DNA of 63,860 nt, the filler included, from Octopus bimaculoides (Eukaryota): assembly GCF_001194135.2 (NCBI RefSeq). It is 4 parts of 4 records of this genome, joined end to end, with 100 filler letters (N's around TTAATTAATTAA, not from the genome) between each part and the next. Parts side by side here need not be neighbours in the genome. Positions count along the whole stretch, not along the records: positions 1 to 31,418 come from NC_068984.1; positions 31,519 to 54,485 come from NC_068985.1; 2 more parts are not named here. One strand, 5' to 3'. This document shows, one piece after another, positions 25,605 through 37,584 of this stretch. Under the pieces are notes generated by a model that was not told the origin of the DNA, made no database searches, and worked only from the letters and a program-made list of their open reading frames with translations. Numbering within the stretch: the stretch's first letter is position 1; every line of letters begins with the position of its first letter. The translations under genes were made by a program, and so were the position numbers.

Positions 25605-26185
25605 CATCATCAACCTTCTCTTCCTCCTTCTCTCCATCATCATCATCGTCATCTTCCTCCTCTTCACCATCCTCCTCATCATCATCATCGTCATCTTCCT
25701 CCTCATCATTATCATCATCTTCCTCCCCTCCTCTTCCTTATTATCATCTTTCTCCTCCTCATCATCTCTTTCCTCCTCTTCCTCCTCCTCCTCCTCCTCA
25801 TCATCATCATCATAATCAGCCTCCCCCTCTCCTCCCCCTCCTCATCAGCCTCCCCCTCTCCTCCCCCTCCTCATCAGCNNNNNNNNNNNNNNNNNNNNNN
25901 NNNNNNNNNNNNNNNNNNNNNNNNNNNNNNNNNNNNNNNNNNNNNNNNNNNNNNNNNNNNNNNNNNNNNNNNNNNNNNNNNNCTTCTCTCCATCATCATC
26001 ATCGTCATCTTCCTCCTCTTCACCATCCTCCTCATCATCATCATCGTCATCTTCCTCCTCATCATTATCATCATCTTCCTCCCCTCCTCTTCCTTATTAT
26101 CATCTTTCTCCTCCTCATCATCTCTTTCCTCCTCTTCCTCCTCCTCCTCCTCCTCATCATCATCAGCAGCAGCATCATCATCAAG
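25605..26185. repeat. (TCA/TCC)n cryptic low-complexity tract spanning a gap
   Basis: An approximately 170-nt block recurs on both sides of the N gap at 25879-25982. Confidence 0.85.
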
Positions 26186-26479
26186 CTGGCATGGGTTAGA
26201 TGGTCTTACAAGAATTGACAAGTCATAGGGCTGTGCCAAGCTCTGCTGTCAGCATTGGTATAATTTCTACAGCTGGAGGTTAGGTACACTATATGGAATT
26301 CCTACCTACACCTTTCCTACATATTAAGCCATTACCTGAAGAGTGCAGAGTCTTAGCTTCCATACATGGAATTCCTTTTCCAATTCTATTACAAACACTG
26401 CCCTAAGAACAATATCATCAGCATAGGATAGCTAGTCTTAAATTCTTCTGTTTTGGTCTGGAGGATAATGGTGAATAAG

Positions 26480-27115
26480 AAGACTTAGAACTGAGCTCTG
26501 GTGATCTCTTACCTGAACTTTAAATTCATCGCTGTACTCATGGCTGTCACCTTACTAACACCCCTGAACATGGCATCCATGGCTTTAACAAGCCATTCAT
26601 GTATCCCTAGCTTCCTCAGAGACCACCAGGTAACTAATTAAGGGATTCTGTCAACAGCTTTCTCTGGGTCAATGAGTACCAAGTACAATGTTTTTCTTTT
26701 AGCTAAATACTTCTTCTGTAGTTGCCTCACTAGGAAGATGGCATCAGTAGTACTTCTCTATAACAGAAAACAAAACTGCATCCCATCTACTCTAATTCTG
26801 TTCCTAATTAATTGGACTATTACTCTCTTTGTAACTTTCATGACCTTATCCAGCAATTTCATACCTCTGTAATTACTCTTGTAACAGCTGACTATAATGC
26901 TGCTACACCAGTCATTGGGTATGACTCATTCTTGCACAATCTGATTAACTATACATTTGACAAGGCTGTATCCTATTCTTCCAGATATTTTAAGCATCTC
27001 AGCAGTAATTCCTGATGGATCAGGGGCTTTTCCTGTCTTCTTCACATCCTTAATTGCCTTATTTATCTTACTGCTGTCAACTGGGACAGCAGGTCCCTCT
27101 TTTGGGTCCACATTG
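26480..27115 (-). mobile_element. RTE LINE, reverse transcriptase N-terminal region, decayed
   Basis: [34 protein letters not shown]; same family as 54139-54485. Confidence 0.85.
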
Positions 27116-27944
27116 GGAAGATTCTCTTTCTTCTAGTGTATTTCTACATTTAATAACTGTACAATCCTCCAAGGCTGTGCTCCAGCATGGCCACAGTCCA
27201 ATGAATGAAACAAGTAGAAGATTAAAAGATAAATAAAGAAGACAAAAGAAAAATAATGGTAAAAAAATAAATAAATGAGTGGAGGCCATGTTTGATTGAA
27301 AGAAAATTTGTTATTGTGGAAATTATGCAAATTCATTTGAAAAAATTTTCACACAATAATAGAGAAAAGTAAAAGTAACAAAACAAGAAATAAAAGAAGA
27401 GAAAAACATTTATTTGTTTTTAATGTCACAAATGAAATTAGTAAATCCATTTCAGACACTATTGATATATTCATTCATTCATTCATTCATTAATTCAGAG
27501 AAATACCTGAACAAAGGAAAACAAAAAAATTAAAACAAAATTTAAAGCATATAATTTGATTCTGTTTATGGAAAGTATAGAGAAGCACAACAAACATTGA
27601 TCATTGTTCTATTTCACACATGCTAATTGTTTGTTTCTCTTTTTTTTTATTATTATTTCTGAGGTAACTTGGGCACAGCTGTTTGGACATTGATGATTCA
27701 GCACAGCTGACTGGTTATTCAGCCTGATCCGCCGACAGTGCTTTTTGACACTGAGGACAAATGCACACAATCATACACATGCACACACACAGGCATGCAC
27801 GTACATGCGTGCAGAAATATACACAAACAGAGAGAAAGGGTTTGAAAGAGAGGGGGAGAGAGAGAGAGAGAGAGAAAAGGAGAGATAAACGCATTGCACT
27901 TTATTAATTGAACGTGCCTGACATAAACACTTTCCTTCCCCTCA

Positions 27945-28390
27945 TCTTCTCTGTGAGATCCAATGTCTGAAGATCATTTCTCACCACTTTGTCCCGCATC
28001 TCCCTAGGTCTACCCCTTCCACAGGTTCCGACCACAATTAGAGATCAGCACTTCTTTATGCTGCTGTCCTCATCCATACGCATCAGATGACCATATCAAT
28101 GAAGTCCTTTTTGCATACTACATCTGATGCCTCTTACATTCAGCTTTTCTCTTAAATCACTTACACTCTGTCATATATGTACACTGACATTACTCATCCA
28201 GCAGAGCATGTTGGCTTCATTTCTTTCAAGCCTTTGCATGTCCTCTGTAGTCACAGCCTATGTTTCATTGCTATATAGCATAGCTGTTCGTACACAGGCA
28301 TCATACAATCTGCCTTCTATTTTGAGGGTAAGAGCCATTGTTACCAACAAAGGTAGTAGCTCCCTGAACTTTTCCCAGCTGCTTTCAGAG
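27945..28390 (-). mobile_element. RTE LINE ORF2 C-terminal region
   Basis: GRLYDACVRTAMLYSNET...YGHLMRMDED...GRGRPR, with stops. Confidence 0.85.
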
Positions 28391-28628
28391 AGCAATGACC
28401 TTTGCTGGTAACAAAGGTAGCAGCTTTTGTTGTTGTTTCCAGTCTTCCGAGACATGCCTGGCCATGGAGAAATATTACCTTACTTGGAAATAGGTGAGGA
28501 TTGGTGGCAGCAAAGGCATCTGACCATAGAAAAATTTGCTTCAACAAATTCCATCTAGAACAACAGCGACAATGATCATGATGATAATGATGGGTAGATT
28601 TTTATTCTAATTGTTGCCTTTTTCATAG

Positions 28629-28674
28629 GATTGCAAAGGTTCTTGTACCGGAGAAAATGTTCTTGGAGGCAATA
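28629..28674 (+). CDS. Weak candidate exon
   Basis: Strong acceptor ttctaattgttgcctttttcatAG; frames IAKVLVPEKMFLEAI or DCKGSCTGENVLGGN; donor ATA|GTGAAT is mediocre; retains a CpG in a CpG-depleted block. Confidence 0.2.
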
Positions 28675-29064
28675 GTGAATATGAGTTACACTTTCTTTTT
28701 TTTCTGTTTATTTATCTATTCCAGTCAATTTAGCTGAACAAATTGATCCCAGTATTTATTTTTATAATTGGTACTTAGTATATCAGTCTCTTTTGCCAAA
28801 CCACCAAGGTACAGAAACACAAATAAACCAACACCAATGAAGTCATGATGGTGAGGGACAACACAAACACAATAATATGAAAATATGAATATCTTCTAAT
28901 TTCATTTTCTTTTTATAAATGCATACCAAACTCTCATGATTTGACATTTCCTTCTACTATATTCACTCATAAGGCTTTAGTTGGCCAGGGGTTGCTCAAT
29001 ATGCCACACAGTAAGACTGAAACCGAAATCTTGGGGTTGGAAAGCAAACTTTTTAACCACAGGC

Positions 29065-29212
29065 ATGGCTATGTGGTAAGAGGTTTTCTTCCCAGCCACA
29101 TGGTTCCAGGTTCAATCTCACTGCATAGCACCTTGGGCAAGAGTCTTCTACTATAACCGCAGGCCAACCAAAGCTTTGTGGGTGGATTTGGTAAATGGAA
29201 ACTGAAAGAAAC

Positions 29213-29261
<49 letters not shown>

Positions 29262-29500
29262 ATGTGTATGTCTTTGTGTTTGTGTCTACCCCACCACCAC
29301 CGCCACCACTTGACAACTAGTGCTGGTGTATTTATGTCCCTGTAACCTAGCAGTTCAGCATAAGAGACCGATAGAATAAGTACCAGGCTTAAAAATTTGA
29401 GTACTGGAGTTGATTAATTCGACAAAAATTCTTTGAGGTGGTGCCCCAGCATGGCCGCAGTTTAATGACTGAAACAAGTAGAAGATAAAAGATAAAGATA
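29065..29500 (+). mobile_element. CORE-type SINE with composite tail
   Basis: ggctatgtggtaagagg...gcaccttgggcaagagtcttctactata...cagcatggccgcagtttaatgactgaaacaag; another head at 29585-29760. Confidence 0.8.
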
Positions 29501-29759
29501 CCTTCACCTCCTATCTGCATGAGCAGGTGTGGCAAGTAGGAACAAGCATGTTGCATAGATACAAGCGTAGATCGTAAGAGCAGACGTGGCTTGGGTAAAC
29601 GTAAGTGGGGCCACATGTTGAAAAAATTGCTTTCCAATCACACAGTTTCAGATTCAGTCCCACTGCATGGTATCTTGGGCAAGTGTTTTCAACTATAGAC
29701 ATGGGTTGACCAAGGCCTTGTGAGAGCATTTGGTGGATGGAGACAGAAAGACATCTATC

Positions 29760-30180
29760 ATATGCTTCGGATAACGCATGCAAGACACAAGAGGGATTTT
29801 AAGAAGAATGTTGCAATCGAGAAGGTGAATCACAATGACCTTTTAGGGTGTACAGTTTTTGACAAACCATGCCTTTCCTTTGCTGGGCTCAAGTCTCATT
29901 TGCAAATCCATGGAAAACGAACCCCCACTAACTATTCTGCCTATATGTCTGGGCACACCTTTCAATGCAATGTGTGCCAGAAGGTCTGCAAATCTAATGA
30001 AGGTCTCAAAAGACATTTTAAGATCCACAAAAATCAGAACTTAACTGCAGCTCTTGGTGATCCAAATCGGATATGCAATCTATGTGGGTGTCTTTTCAAA
30101 ACATTGGCTTAAAAAAACCACATCAGATGCCATGATGTTTCTAAGGTGTAGGTACAAGAGGTGGTCAAACTCTTGTTGAG
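29760..30180 (+). mobile_element. 5'-truncated LINE (probably RTE) 3' end with three C2H2 zinc fingers
   Basis: CTVFDKPCLSFAGLKSHLQIH, CNVCQKVCKSNEGLKRHFKIH and CNLCGCLFKTLA*..NHIRCH; 3' tail shared with 8820-8970. Confidence 0.75.
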
Positions 30181-30525
30181 ATCAAGCAAAATCAAGCTTG
30201 ACCTCAACACCTTTAAGATGAACGGTTGTATATCATCTCATGTCTTTTCAACCTGCTTTGCATGTTTTCATAGGTCAACTATGAAAATTGTATATGAATG
30301 TTTTTTATTTTTATTGTCTGCATATTACTACTAATAATAATAATAAGGCCCCGATGAGATGTAGTATCCCATAGTTTATAATATTTTATAATATTTTATA
30401 ATATGCACGAATCGATCTGGATATTGCATCGAAATGTTCGTAGGTCATTTTCATTATTATTATTATTATTATTATTACTATAATAAAGTATTTTCAATGG
30501 ATCAGTTTTGAGCTCTCTTTAAAGT

Positions 30526-30559
<34 letters not shown>

Positions 30560-31519
30560 TGTTACTAATCTAAACAAGTAGTAGTACAAAAGAAATAAAT
30601 GAAGTTGAAAATGCACTGAGAATACATGAGGATATATTCAAATTTTAAATACACACAGACAGACATATACACACACATGATTATATACATATACATATGT
30701 GTGAGTGTGTGTGTANNNNNNNNNNNNNNNNNNNNNNNNNNNNNNNNNNNNNNNNNNNNNNNNNNNNNNNNNNNNNNNNNNNNNNNNNNNNNNNNNNNNN
30801 NNNNNNNNNNNNNNNNNNNNNNNNNNNNNNNNNNNNNNNNNNNNNNNNNNNNNNNNNNNNNNNNNNNNNNNNNNNNNNNNNNNNNNNNNNNNNNNNNNNN
30901 NNNNNNNNNNNNNNNNNNNNNNNNNNNNNNNNNNNNNNNNNNNNNNNNNNNNNNNNNNNNNNNNNNNNNNNNNNNNNNNNNNNNNNNNNNNNNNNNNNNN
31001 NNNNNNNNNNNNNNNNNNNNNNNNNNNNNNNNNNNNNNNNNNNNNNNNNNNNNNNNNNNNNNNNNNNNNNNNNNNNNNNNNNNNNNNNNNNNNNNNNACA
31101 CGCGCTCAACATAAAAATATAGAGAGTAAAAGTAAAAGAGGGAGAGGGAGAGAGAGAGAAAGTGATACATACAACGTCATAGATTAAACTTTCATCTCAG
31201 TATTCTTTACCTATTTTTCATAACATAGATACGTAAAAACACACACATACATGACCTGTGACAACAACATACAACATTGCTCTCAATCTCTATTCATTTC
31301 TCCCCCTCTTCCTCTCTCGCTCTCTCAAACGTATACATGTGCAAGTAAACACAATCATTCACATCGTGGTATATTTACAAAACATTGATGGCATAACTAC
31401 AGAGTTGTATCCCCCAACNNNNNNNNNNNNNNNNNNNNNNNNNNNNNNNNNNNNNNNNNNNNTTAATTAATTAANNNNNNNNNNNNNNNNNNNNNNNNNN
31501 NNNNNNNNNNNNNNNNNNT

Positions 31520-31725
31520 AGCCATAAAGATACCAAAAGCTCAGGGAGATGAATTAAGGTGGAAAGTGAGACAGGTACTGGAGAAAGCGAAACTTCCCAA
31601 ACCAAACATCACTAAGGAAGAAAAGTTCGCTATCAAAAGGCTACAAGGAGACAATTCCATCATAGTTCTCCCAGCGGACAAGGAAAATGCTACAGTGGTG
31701 ATGAACAAGTCTGTATACTTGACGG
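31520..31725 (+). mobile_element. Penelope-like RT N-terminal fragment
   Basis: PKPNITKEEKFAIKRLQGDNSIIVLPADKENATVVMNKSVY resembles the PLE ADKG(N/G)A.VVM motif. Confidence 0.8.
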
Positions 31726-31734
31726 ATCAAGTAT

Positions 31735-32015
31735 GTAATGCGAAAGGTTTAAAGAAGTCGTTTAGTTTTAGTTTGACCATAGAGCAGGTGCCTTTGTATA
31801 TCATTCTGATCTACTCATTGAAGACGGGACCAAAACCGGCTGCTCTTAGGCTGACCGCCAAGAAGTGATGGTCGACCCTATCCTAAGTTTTGAAACGATT
31901 CAAATATTCAGTGTCCCAAAGAAGCCAGAACTATATCCGACCCACTCTATGATGTATCACATGAAGTGGAGATTGTCACGAATTGAGCTGCGAGGGATCG
32001 CACTACCTTTAACAA
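31735..32015 (-). mobile_element. Tx1/L1-clade RT fragment
   Basis: AIPRSSIRDNLHFM*YIIE...then (frameshifted) RVDHHFLAVSLRAAGFGPVF; same family as 39900-40250. Confidence 0.7.
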
Positions 32016-32094
32016 CCAGCCAGCCGGAAGTGAATGTAATTCTGAAAAAAGGTTGGAAGAACTCCGTCGATCAAAATGAAGGAAGATTACTCAC

Positions 32095-32182
32095 CTCTTC
32101 TAAGTACAAAGCAATGACAACATGCCAAACAAAGAGAGTAGTAGCAAAGAAGGCACCATCATCGCTTCCACTACCACCATTG
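32095..32182 (-). CDS. Orphan candidate internal exon (unknown gene)
   Basis: Branch point-like tgCTAAC, acceptor ccgcAG, donor GAG|GTGAGT; 88 nt, one open frame NGGSGSDDGAFFATTLFVWHVVIALYLEE; no recognisable homology. Confidence 0.3.
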
Positions 32183-33010
32183 CTGCGGTAGTTAGCAGGA
32201 ATAATAATTATTATAACAGAATAACAAAGCAAGCGAAGCAGTATGTAACAATAACGAAAGCACTTTATTACCTCCACTACTACATCACCACTACACTCTA
32301 ATACAGCTAGTATCACCGCTACCACAAATGTGAGATCCTTCCCAGAAGCGATCACAAATGTCATAGAAATTGCTTATGGGATTAAAAAAAAACACCGACT
32401 TAAAAAATGCAGAACATCTTGCAAAAATCTGCAAGCAATGAGTTATTAATACTTTACGAGTTCTGAACAACTATTGGAAATGCCTATCTAACAAACTAGC
32501 CTCTACAAATATGTCTCACTAGAAATCGACGCGAGAAAATAACCTCACACGCCCATGCATGAAATATGGATGGATTTAGAATTCATCACTAGGGTCGTCA
32601 AAAGTGCAATTCCTCAACGAAACCCCTGGTGTAAACCGTGTTGTAGGAGTGTTGTCCTCTCTTCCACTTACATAAGAAGGAGAGTGAGTGTGAAAATAGC
32701 CGATATACCAACAGAGTTAAACACCTGGTGGTTTGCGGAGTGCGTCGTCCTACAAGGAAGTGATACTCCTCTGAGTATAAAAAGATATAGGTAGGAGAGT
32801 TGGTCTGGAATATGACTGGAAGTCCTACTGCAGGTAAAACCAGAAAAACAAGGAAAAGACCCCTATAATAAGATCCTTACTATAACTACAGTAATATTCA
32901 CTGCGGAGAGACTTTGTGAACACCCTGTAGTTACTGCAAAATATGTGGGAGCTCTCGAGAAATAATCAACCTCACTGGAATATATGTGCATACATATATG
33001 TGTGTGTGTG

Positions 33011-33051
<41 letters not shown>

Positions 33052-33629
33052 CTCTCTCAAAGCACCGAATCTTAAAACACCTGAAAATCAAAGACAGGCG
33101 AGACAACTCTCCTCAAATACTATTCAGGAGTATTGGATATCGATGTTTCGCCATTTTTGTGGATTATCAATATCACGTACCCGAACCGTATTGGAGCCGA
33201 ATAGACTGCCGGTCTACGACTTATATGCATATAGCGTGAAAACCATGTGCTGGTATGCCTTGTGGGTGAATTTGATAAACAAAAACTGTGTGAAATCCGT
33301 CGTAAATAAATACATATACACACATGTGCACGTGCGCGTGTGTATGTGAGCCTTTGTGTTTGTGTTTGCATCCACCACGCCATTGTTTGCAGCAATCCAA
33401 CAAAACAAGTACGAGACTTAAATAACAAGTAGTTACAACATGGAAAACAAAGCGAACCTATCAGTTTCACGTCCAATGAGAGAAAAGAAGGTTGCAGGTG
33501 CGCCTAGAACGAGTGGAATTTGATATTAGTGGGACTTGAAGTCTCATTGCATTGTACAAAATATTTCATAAAGTATTTAGAGTTACACATTAACGTTTTA
33601 ACCAACGTACTGGTCTCCTTTCTACTTTA

Positions 33630-34480
33630 TGGGCACAAGGTCTGGAATTTGGTGGGAGGTCACTAGTCGACTCCAATGCTCAAATGGTACTTATTTAATC
33701 GACCCCGAAAGAATGAAAGACAAAGTCTACCTTGGCGGAATTTGAACTCAGAATGAAATACCGCTAAGCATTTTTTCCAGAGTGCTAATGATTCTGCCGG
33801 CTCGCCGCCTTAACCAACCTGCTTATCTGAAATATCATAATGCAAAGCATATACTTCTCATCTCGATCTAATAACAGTCTGAGGGTAGTAAATGCAAAAT
33901 TAAGATTTTTTTAAACTCCTCCTACAGACAGTCACGATGCAAAAATAAATATATGAAACTAAATATTGGTTTCAAATTTTGACACACGGTCAGCAATTTC
34001 TGGGGAGGGTGACTTGTTTGAACCAGCTTGCCACCTTAATGAAGCTAAATATTCCTCTCTACTATAGGCACAAAGCCTGAAATTTGGTGGGATGGTGATA
34101 GTCGATTACATCGACCCCGGTGCCCAACTGGTACTGATTTTATCGATTCCGAAAAGATGAAAGGCAAAGTCGACCCCGGCGGCATTTGAACTCAGAACGT
34201 AAAGAGGAGTGAAATGCCGCTAAGCATTTTGCTCGGCGTGCTAACGATTCTGCCAGCTCGCCGCAATGATAATCTTTTCTATTAAAGGCACAGAGCCTGA
34301 AATTTTTCGAGAGGGGACTAGTCGATTACATAGACCCCGGTGCCCAACTGGTACTGATTTTATCGATTCCGAAAAGATGAAAGGCAAAGTCGACCCCGGC
34401 GGAATTCGAACTCAGAACGTAAAGACGGACAAAATACTGCTAAGCACTTCGCCCGGCGTGCTAACGATTCTACCAGCACT
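33630..34480 (-). mobile_element. Three head-to-tail tRNA-headed SINEs with Meta-like core
   Basis: Core reverse complement gtcgactttgcctttcatc...tcgataaaat.agtaccag; copies at about 33630-33810, 34050-34265 and 34285-34480. Confidence 0.8.
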
Positions 34481-35073
34481 TCATCTTATAATGAAGTTAA
34501 ATATTAAGATAAAGAAAGCAATTAGAAGTAGAGCAATTTGGACAAAGAAAAACATGTTACAAAAATGAACCATTTAACTTCCTTACAGCTGGTACAATCG
34601 CGTTGCGAAAACCTGGTTATTGTTAACGACATGCGATAAGAACTGAAAGCAGATTATTCGATATTATTACTGAGAAGAAAAAAAACTAATTCTTACATTA
34701 GCAGTAGGTTATATATCATGGACTGGTTGGTGGGTGAGGAAATTGACAATGATTAAATCAGTCCCAGTACTTGCAAGCTGGTACTTATTTTGTCGGCCTC
34801 GGAGTGTAAACCAGCCCCGGCAAGACATGAATTCAGATTATTAAGTTGTGTAACAAAATACTAATTTTTGTTTGTTTGTTTTTTTAAACACTGGGCAACA
34901 CACTATAAAGGAGGGGGTTTAATCGACTAAATTTCTCTCTCTTTCCCCCTTTCTCTCTCTCTCTCTCTCTCTGTATCTATCTTGATTTCTCTCTAGAGAG
35001 GTCAATAAAATCCAAGGTCGATAAAAAGAAGATAAAATGTTAATTACTCTCTCTCTCCCTCTTTCTCTCTTTC

Positions 35074-35119
<46 letters not shown>

Positions 35120-36118
35120 TCTTTATCTCTCTCTTTCTCTTTCTCTGTATCTATCAATCTATCTATTTATTTATCTACATATCTCGGATATATATTTATC
35201 TATATATCTCGGATAGATGGGTCAATAAAATCCAAGGTCGATAAAAATAAGATAAAATACTGAATACTCTCTCTCTCTCTCTCCCTCCCTCTCTCTCCCT
35301 CTCCTCTCCTATCTTTCTCTCTCTACCACAGAGAGAGAGGGAGAGCAAATCTTTATCCAGTATTTGACTAGTCCTTTTAATCGATTAAATCTCTCAGAAT
35401 TTTACTGGTACTTCAATATATCACCCCCACCAGTACGATGAAATGTGAAGAAGGCTTTGACAAGTTTTGAACTCGGTACGTAGTTAGTCGAAATTTATAC
35501 AGTCAGCTATTTTACCTTATTACTAATTCCATTAATCATAGCCCTTTCGGTAAAAAAATAGGATTAATAGGATTGTTTCTTTTTAAATTGGGTGTGAAGG
35601 CCAGAAATTTGGTGCGATGGGTCAATCAATAAAGTTGATCTTATTTAATTGGTACGTTATTTTATCAGCCGCGAAAGGATCAAGGAAAGTCGACCTCCGT
35701 AGACTCTGAACTCAGAGTGTCAAGATCTGGAACAATACCGAAAGGCATTTGAAAAGCCAAATGTGGGGTTGAGTGGAAGAATTAGTAATTATTTCTAAAA
35801 TGAGGAACAAGGTAAGAAATTAGGGGAAACAAATGAACAAATGCAACGCAGTACTTTAATCGAGGGTCTGAAGATTTTGATAATCCACGGCCCTCAAATA
35901 GTTTCTAATTTAGTCAAAAGGCCAGCAGTTTGAAGGATAGAGTTTGTACGAAGAAGAACACTGATATCTGTTGCGACCTTGGATAAACAAAATTCTATTC
36001 CTTTTGCCCGCAGAAAAACAAATATCGTCATTGCTACGAATGACAAAATACAGAGACAGATTGAATGTTATTTGTTTTGGTGTAATTGTAGCAGTAGTAG
36101 TAGTCAAAAGGTTAGCTG

Positions 36119-36799
36119 CAAGACACATAAAAATAAACAAAAATCAACATACCAGACGAACATTCCATGTATCCAGCATAGAACATAGAAATTGTTTATC
36201 CCTATAAATTTATGTAAGAGGCGGGCTTTTCAAATTGCATCTCGGTACACGTGTTTTTTCAGAATAAAATTCAGCACTGAATATATTCTGGTTAAATTTA
36301 CAATTCAAATATAGGATAAACTCTTTACAAGAATTTATAAAGTAGTTAGCGTGAAAAAACCTCATAAGGGAAAAATTTATTAATCATTCCCTATAAATAT
36401 ATTTATTTATATTAAGGGCATTACTATACATAAATGCCGGATACATAGAATGTTCGTCTGGTATGTTGATTTTTGTTTATTTTTATGTGTCTTGACTATA
36501 CGTGTACTGAAGAGTAAAGAGTGCAAATGCTGCACTGATTACGAAATCATGATAAACCGTTAAGTCTGATTTTAGGAGGCTCGCTTCGAGAATTGCATCC
36601 CCTCGCTTTCGGTAAAATGTGTTTATTATGGTAGTTTTACTTTTAGAGTCCCTCCTAGCGTGAGGCATTTATGTATAGTAATGCCCTTAGTATAAATAAA
36701 TATACTTATAGGGAACAATTAATAAATTTTTCCCTTATGAGGTTTTTTCACGCTAACTACTTTATAAATTCTTGTAAAGAGTTTATCCTATATTTAAAT

Positions 36800-36803
<4 letters not shown>
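36119..36803. repeat. Two interleaved inverted repeats (61 bp and 140 bp arms)
   Basis: A 36119-36179 vs A' 36434-36494; B 36299-36438 vs B' 36664-36803; few mismatches. Confidence 0.9.
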
Positions 36804-36848
<45 letters not shown>

Positions 36849-37512
36849 ATGTATGTATGTATAAGTGCGGCTCTAATTCAGTATTTAATTCTGCATGTAA
36901 ATAAGTGTACATATGTATGAATTCGTGCATGCATCAAGTGAAAATGTTTATGATATTCCCCTTCTCAATTTAAGATGACTGACCCCCTAGAGACCCAAAT
37001 GGTCGGCTTGTGTGCGTATCTGTTGGCATTTGTTTTATTTTCTATTGGCGATTCTCAGTGTTACTAAAGGCAAATTGACAGGTAAATCTGACTATTTTGC
37101 TGAAGGATAAAAGTAACAGAATGACAGTATATCAGGCGTTATACTTTCCTATAAGAGCTGAAGACATCGCGCAGCAGCTGCAACTCAGAGCAGACGATAA
37201 TCAACAGTTGTGTTTTGCCACGTTCGTCTGCTGTTTTATACCAAGTTAAAGTAGACACGTAGAGCTTGAAATTAACTATAACTCAAAATGACACATACAT
37301 CTTAAAATTAAACACCACCGCCTTGTCTCTCTTCTATTTTTCTTTATCTTTTATTTGGTGTTTGTTTTATGTTTTCTTTTTTTTTTTTTTTTCATTAGTT
37401 CAGTGACAGGATTTAAATATGAACAAGAAATAGGTAGCAGACTGATATTAAATTGTTGATGAAAATAAAGAGAACAATTCATTATGAACGATACATTATG
37501 AATAAACAGGCA

Positions 37513-37584
<72 letters not shown>

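Noticed and set aside
25589-26239. Ser/His/Pro-rich and Asp/Glu-rich ORFs
   Set aside because: Products of a (TCA/TCC)n tract; the block repeated across the gap may be an assembly overlap.
27685-27762. Possible C/D snoRNA (TGATGA ... CTGA about 65 nt apart)
   Set aside because: Terminal stem geometry is poor and I recognised no antisense rRNA guide; kept only as a regulatory candidate.
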